NCBI GenBank assembly: GCA_965238005.1
Contig: OZ250165.1
Location: 2,080,001-2,144,000, forward strand
Origin: Longimicrobiales bacterium
Lineage (GTDB): Bacteria > Gemmatimonadota > Gemmatimonadetes > Longimicrobiales > Gaopeijiaceae
DNA length: 64,000 nt
Reading direction: 5' to 3'
Shown: positions 60,041-64,000 of the stretch, in pieces
Numbering within the stretch: the stretch's first letter is position 1
Layout: every line of letters starts with the position of its first letter
Made by a program: the position numbers and the translations under genes
Notes under the pieces: generated by a model
The model's database searches: none
What the model was told of the DNA's origin: nothing
What the model saw: only the letters and a program-made list of their open reading frames with translations

Positions 60041-60595
60041 CTAGCCCAGCTCCAGAACCGTGACTTCCAGGTTCGTGTAGATGCAGATCTCCCCAGCGAT
60101 CTCCAGGGCCCTGCGCACCGTTTCAGCCGCCGATAGCTCGGAGTGAGCCATCAGCGCCCGCGCCGCGGCCAGGGCGTACGAGCCTCCCGACCCGATGGCC
60201 AAAAGTCCGTCGTCGGGCTCGATGACCTCTCCCTCCCCACTCACCAGGAAGAGGTGGCTCGAGTCTGCCACGAGGAGAAGCGCGTCTAGCCTCCGAAGGT
60301 AGCGATCCATCCGCCAATCCTTGGCGAGCTCCACTACCGCCCTCGTCAGGTTGGCCGGAAAGCGCTCCAGCTTCTCCTCGAGCTTCTCAAAGAGTGTGAA
60401 AGCATCGGCAACGGCGCCGGCAAACCCCACCAGGACCTGGCCTTCTCGCAGGGCCCTCACCTTTTCGGCCGTGTTCTTCACGACCGAATCGCCCATCGTG
60501 ACCTGGCCGTCACCACCGAGGGCGACCTTGCCGTCCCGGCGCACGGCCAGGATGGTCGTTGCGTGAATCGCGGGCCGGTCCGTACGACTCTTCAT
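60041..60595 (-). CDS. hslV: ATP-dependent protease peptidase subunit HslV
   Basis: [31 protein letters not shown] and ICIYTN motifs. Confidence 0.96.
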   Translation of the reverse strand: MKSRTDRPAIHATTILAVRRDGKVALGGDGQVTMGDSVVKNTAEKVRALREGQVLVGFAGAVADAFTLFEKLEEKLERFPANLTRAVVELAKDWRMDRYLRRLDALLLVADSSHLFLVSGEGEVIEPDDGLLAIGSGGSYALAAARALMAHSELSAAETVRRALEIAGEICIYTNLEVTVLELG

Positions 60596-60778
60596 CTATC
60601 TCCTTCGGTTCGTCCTTCCCACCTAGAACGCGAGCGAGCTCCCCTCCGGCGAGCGCCCGCAGGGGCCCCGAGGCGGCTCGTCACCCCTTCCGGGCGGGCC
60701 TCTACGATACACCAACCGGGAGGGAGGACCAAGGCGCCAAGGGAGCGACCGAGGCGCTACGAAGGGTTCCCGGGGAGC

Positions 60779-61693
60779 TCAGGATCGCGGGTGGGCGTCG
60801 CGATACACCTGGCGGAGCCGCTCCTTGGAGGTGTGGGTGTATATCTGGGTCGTGGACAGAGACACGTGCCCAAGGAGCTCCTTGACGGCCATGAGATCCG
60901 CTCCGGCATCCATGAGGTGGGTAGCGAAGCTGTGACGGAGCGAGTGCACGCTCAAGCCCTCTCCAGCCGCGGCATCCTGCAGGAACTCCCTTACCACCTT
61001 CTGGACGGACCGCTGAGAGAGCCTCTGGCCCCGCGGGTTGAGGAGGAGAGCCCCCTCATCGGACGACCCGGATCGCCGGAGAACCTCCTTGCGTCGTGGC
61101 AAATACCGGCCCAGGGCCTTACCCGCTGCACCCGTGAGGGGGACGATGCGCTCCTTTCGTCCTTTGCCCAAGACCTTCAGCTGGCTCCGTGCGAGGTCGA
61201 GATCCGAGACGTCCAGGCCATGGATCTCGGCCAACCTGAGGCCGCTGCCGTAGAGGAGCTCGAGGATGACCAGGTTCCTCGTGCCACGGGGCGTATTCTC
61301 GGCGGCCCGGTTCTCCGCCACCGCGAAGACGGCCCTCAGATCGGCTTCGCTCGCGTGTCCAGGAAGTGGCTTCTCGAGCTTCGGCGAGCGAAGGGCCCGC
61401 GTGGGATCCGCCGGAAGCCGCTCTCCGACATTGAGGAAGCGATAGAACGTCCGGACGGCCGAGAGCTTTCTGGCCACCGTGCGCCGTCCCAGCCCCCTCC
61501 GCCCACACCATCCCATGAATCCGCGCAGATCGAGGCGTTCGATGCCCGACCAGTGCCAGCCCGTGCCACCCAGATGCTCGTCCAGAAACGTGGCGAGGTC
61601 TTTGAGGTCCTTCTGGTAGGACACCACTGTGCGGGACGACAGCCGGCGCTCGTGCTCGAGGTGGCGGAGGAAGCGAGCGACGTCGGCGTCCAT
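60779..61693 (-). CDS. xerC: Tyrosine recombinase XerC
   Basis: LLYGSGLR, GKGRKER, HSLRHSFATH and LLGH.SLSTTQIYTH; topA-trmFO-xerC-hslV synteny. Confidence 0.92.
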   Translation of the reverse strand: MDADVARFLRHLEHERRLSSRTVVSYQKDLKDLATFLDEHLGGTGWHWSGIERLDLRGFMGWCGRRGLGRRTVARKLSAVRTFYRFLNVGERLPADPTRALRSPKLEKPLPGHASEADLRAVFAVAENRAAENTPRGTRNLVILELLYGSGLRLAEIHGLDVSDLDLARSQLKVLGKGRKERIVPLTGAAGKALGRYLPRRKEVLRRSGSSDEGALLLNPRGQRLSQRSVQKVVREFLQDAAAGEGLSVHSLRHSFATHLMDAGADLMAVKELLGHVSLSTTQIYTHTSKERLRQVYRDAHPRS

Positions 61694-61715
61694 CGTGGGT
61701 GCCGCGCCTAGCGGG

Positions 61716-63062
61716 TCACCCGATGGAGACCCCGGCCACCCCAGCCGATCGGCCGACGATGCCGTTGGCCCCCATCCATTCCGCCAAGACGGAGGCGGCA
61801 CGCTCGGCGAGCAACTCCCGCTTCTTCTTCTTGTCCTTCACCCGCCTGTCCAGCGGATCCACCAGACCCCAGTTGGAGTTCATGGGCTGGAAGCGGGAGG
61901 GCCGGCTCTCCCTCAGGTATCGGTACAGGCCCCCCAGCATGGTCGTGGGCGGGGGAACGACCGGCTCCTCACCCGAGAGCAGCCTCGCCAGGTTGATGCC
62001 CGCCAGGATCCCGCTGGCCGCCGATTCCGTATACCCCTCGACTCCCGTGAGCTGCCCGGCGAAGATCAGATCCGGTCGGTCCTTCAGCGAGCCGTACGAC
62101 GTGAGACAGCCGGGGAAGTTGAGGTAGGAGTTGCGGTGGATGGATCCCCAGCGCAGGAACTCGCACTCGGCGAGCCCGGGGATGAGCTGGAAGACCCTGC
62201 GCTGCTCTCCGATCCGTAGCCGGGTCTGGAAGCCCACCAGGTTCCACATCTGTCCCGCCCGGTCCTCGCGTCGCAACTGGACCACGGCGTAGGGGCGCTC
62301 CCCGGTACGGGGATCGGTGAGCCCGATGGGCTTCATGGGTCCGAAGCGAGGGGTGTCCTCGCCCCGGGACGCCATCACCTCGATGGGCAGGCAGCCCTCG
62401 AAGTAGGGGACCGCATCCCAGTCGTGCCCCTCGTGCACATCCCCTTCGATGAGAGCCTGCAGGAACTCCAGATACTCCTCTTTCGACATAGGACAGTTGA
62501 GGTAGTCGCTGTCCTCCTCGAAGCGGCCCCCCTCGAAGACCACACTCTCGTCCAGGGAGTCACGATGGACAATGGGTGCGATGGCGTCATAGAAGGCGAG
62601 CCCTTCGTCCCCGAGGACCTCCCGGATGGAGTCGCCCAGGGCGTCGGAGGTCAGGGGGCCGGTAGCGACCACGGCGGGCCCTTCGGGCAGCGTGGTGCAC
62701 TCCTCCCGTACGACCTCGATGTCGGGGTGTGAGGTGACGGCCCGGGTCATGGCCTGCGCAAAGAGAACCCGATCCACGGCCAGAGCCGAGCCGGCCGGGA
62801 CGCTGGTCCCGTCCGCCGATTCGAGGAGCACCGAACCCAAGGCGCGCATCTCCCTCTTGAGCTGCCCGTGGGCGTTCGCCGGGCTCTCGCTCTTGAACGA
62901 GTTCGTGCAGACCAGCTCACCGAGGTGATCGCTCCGGTGCGCCTCGGTCTTCCGGACCGGCCTCATCTCGCACAGGGTTACGGCATGCCCCCGGCTCGCC
63001 AGCTGTAGGGCGGCCTCACAGCCCGCAAGGCCACCTCCCACGACGACGACTGGTTCTCTCAC
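61716..63062 (-). CDS. trmFO: Folate/FAD-dependent tRNA m5U54 methyltransferase
   Basis: VVGGGLAGCEAA, ELVCTNSF, FEGCLPIE and AGQLTGVEGY motifs. Confidence 0.95.
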   Translation of the reverse strand: MREPVVVVGGGLAGCEAALQLASRGHAVTLCEMRPVRKTEAHRSDHLGELVCTNSFKSESPANAHGQLKREMRALGSVLLESADGTSVPAGSALAVDRVLFAQAMTRAVTSHPDIEVVREECTTLPEGPAVVATGPLTSDALGDSIREVLGDEGLAFYDAIAPIVHRDSLDESVVFEGGRFEEDSDYLNCPMSKEEYLEFLQALIEGDVHEGHDWDAVPYFEGCLPIEVMASRGEDTPRFGPMKPIGLTDPRTGERPYAVVQLRREDRAGQMWNLVGFQTRLRIGEQRRVFQLIPGLAECEFLRWGSIHRNSYLNFPGCLTSYGSLKDRPDLIFAGQLTGVEGYTESAASGILAGINLARLLSGEEPVVPPPTTMLGGLYRYLRESRPSRFQPMNSNWGLVDPLDRRVKDKKKKRELLAERAASVLAEWMGANGIVGRSAGVAGVSIG

Positions 63063-63094
63063 AGCTCCGATCCGCTCAAACGGCTTTAGGCGAG

Positions 63095-64000
63095 CTATTT
63101 CTTGTGACGGCCGCGTCCGCGGCCGCCGGTCTTCTTCCTGGTGGCCGCCTGAGCGAGAAGTTCGACGGCCTCATCCATGGTCAGATCCTCTGGCTCCGTG
63201 CCCTTCCCGAGGCTCGCATTGACCTTTCCGTCGGTCACGTACGGGCCATAACGACCGGAAAGGACCTGCAGGTCGGCGCCTGACTCGGGATGTGCGCCGA
63301 GCTCACTGAGCACGGACCGGCCGGCCTTCTTCTGGTCGAGGAGCCGGACGGCCTCCTCGATTCCTACCGTAAACAGCTGGTCCTCACTGGTCAGGCTCGC
63401 GAAGGTCTTTCCTCGGCGCACGAAGGGTCCGTATCGGCCGAGGCCGGCCACCACCTCCTCACCCGTGTCGGGGTCGACGCCCACGGGCCGTGGCAGTGAC
63501 AGCAGGCGAAGGGCTTCACCGAGGTCCACGTCCTCGATCTTCTTGTCCTTGGGAAGGCTCGCACGCTTCGGTTTCTGGCCGTCTTCGCCCTCGCCCAGCT
63601 GAACGTACGGCCCGTAGGGACCCACCTTCGCGTATACGGCCAGACCCGTCGCCTCGTCGTTGCCCAGCACGAGCTCCTCAGCGGACCCGTCCAACGGACG
63701 GGTGCCCTTGCAGTCCGGAAATCCCGAGCATCCGAGGAAGCGGCCGAAGCGGTTCCAGCGAACCTGCATGGTGCGCCCGCACACTTCGCACGTCTCTCCC
63801 TCCGCTGCGAGGATCTCCTTGATGATCCCCTCGGAGCGAGCCTCACCGTGCTCGAGCTGGTCCTGGAAGGGCGGGTAGAACTCCCCGAGCAGGGCCTGCC
63901 ACTGGAGCTCCCCTTCCTCGACCCGGTCCAGCTCGTTCTCCATCCGGCTCGTGAAGTCCACGTCGAAGATGTTGGGAAACACCCGGACGAGGAGCTTCGA
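63095..64000 (-). CDS. topA: DNA topoisomerase I, C-terminal part (5' end outside the window)
   Basis: FTSRMENELD; zinc ribbon C..C...GRFLGCSGFPDC; GPYGPYV/GRYGPY Toprim_C repeats. Confidence 0.93.
   Translation of the reverse strand, partial: SKLLVRVFPNIFDVDFTSRMENELDRVEEGELQWQALLGEFYPPFQDQLEHGEARSEGIIKEILAAEGETCEVCGRTMQVRWNRFGRFLGCSGFPDCKGTRPLDGSAEELVLGNDEATGLAVYAKVGPYGPYVQLGEGEDGQKPKRASLPKDKKIEDVDLGEALRLLSLPRPVGVDPDTGEEVVAGLGRYGPFVRRGKTFASLTSEDQLFTVGIEEAVRLLDQKKAGRSVLSELGAHPESGADLQVLSGRYGPYVTDGKVNASLGKGTEPEDLTMDEAVELLAQAATRKKTGGRGRGRHKK

Noticed and set aside
60636..60780. Possible structured RNA between xerC and hslV (gagctcccc...ggggagctc)
   Set aside because: Only a 9-bp GC-rich inverted match and no recognisable family motif.
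60779..61693. xerC as part of a mobile element
   Set aside because: It lies in the conserved housekeeping order topA-trmFO-xerC-hslV.

Overview
High-GC bacterial chromosomal segment. Gene content and a hallmark kinase remnant (GEGGMATVYLAED.KH.R.VA.KVLKPELA..VGAE) suggest Gemmatimonadota; this is inference only. From left to right it holds: an amino-sugar/GT-C surface-glycosylation cassette; an MFS transporter and proline dehydrogenase; two tandem VPS10/BNR beta-propeller proteins; c-di-GMP genes (GGDEF-REC-HD-GYP fusion, HEAT + HD-GYP pair); ybbP-ybbA-tesA; rho; a decayed class V aminotransferase; a ~3.5 kb integrase island (P4-type integrase, nested hairpin inverted repeats, HU, collagen-trypsin lipoprotein) that appears to split a host gene; and a histidine utilisation operon (hutH-hutU-ftcD-hutI). 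That operon is headed by a probable AhpD-like selenoprotein (in-frame UGA in CxxU plus SECIS-like hairpin), and its FtcD carries a C2H2 zinc-finger-like insertion. The right part holds a K+ channel and a cNMP-domain Na+/H+ antiporter, PafA-type phosphatase, glnS-YqeY, transporters, a cluster of very small genes (three paralogs of an unknown ~65-aa family, a mini GIY-YIG and a DUF2188-like protein), an intact IS1182-family element, and hslV-xerC-trmFO-topA with hslU missing. Several CTAG-flanked MITE-like repeats sit in intergenic spaces. No rRNA, tRNA or CRISPR array was seen. All assignments come from motif recognition, not database searches.
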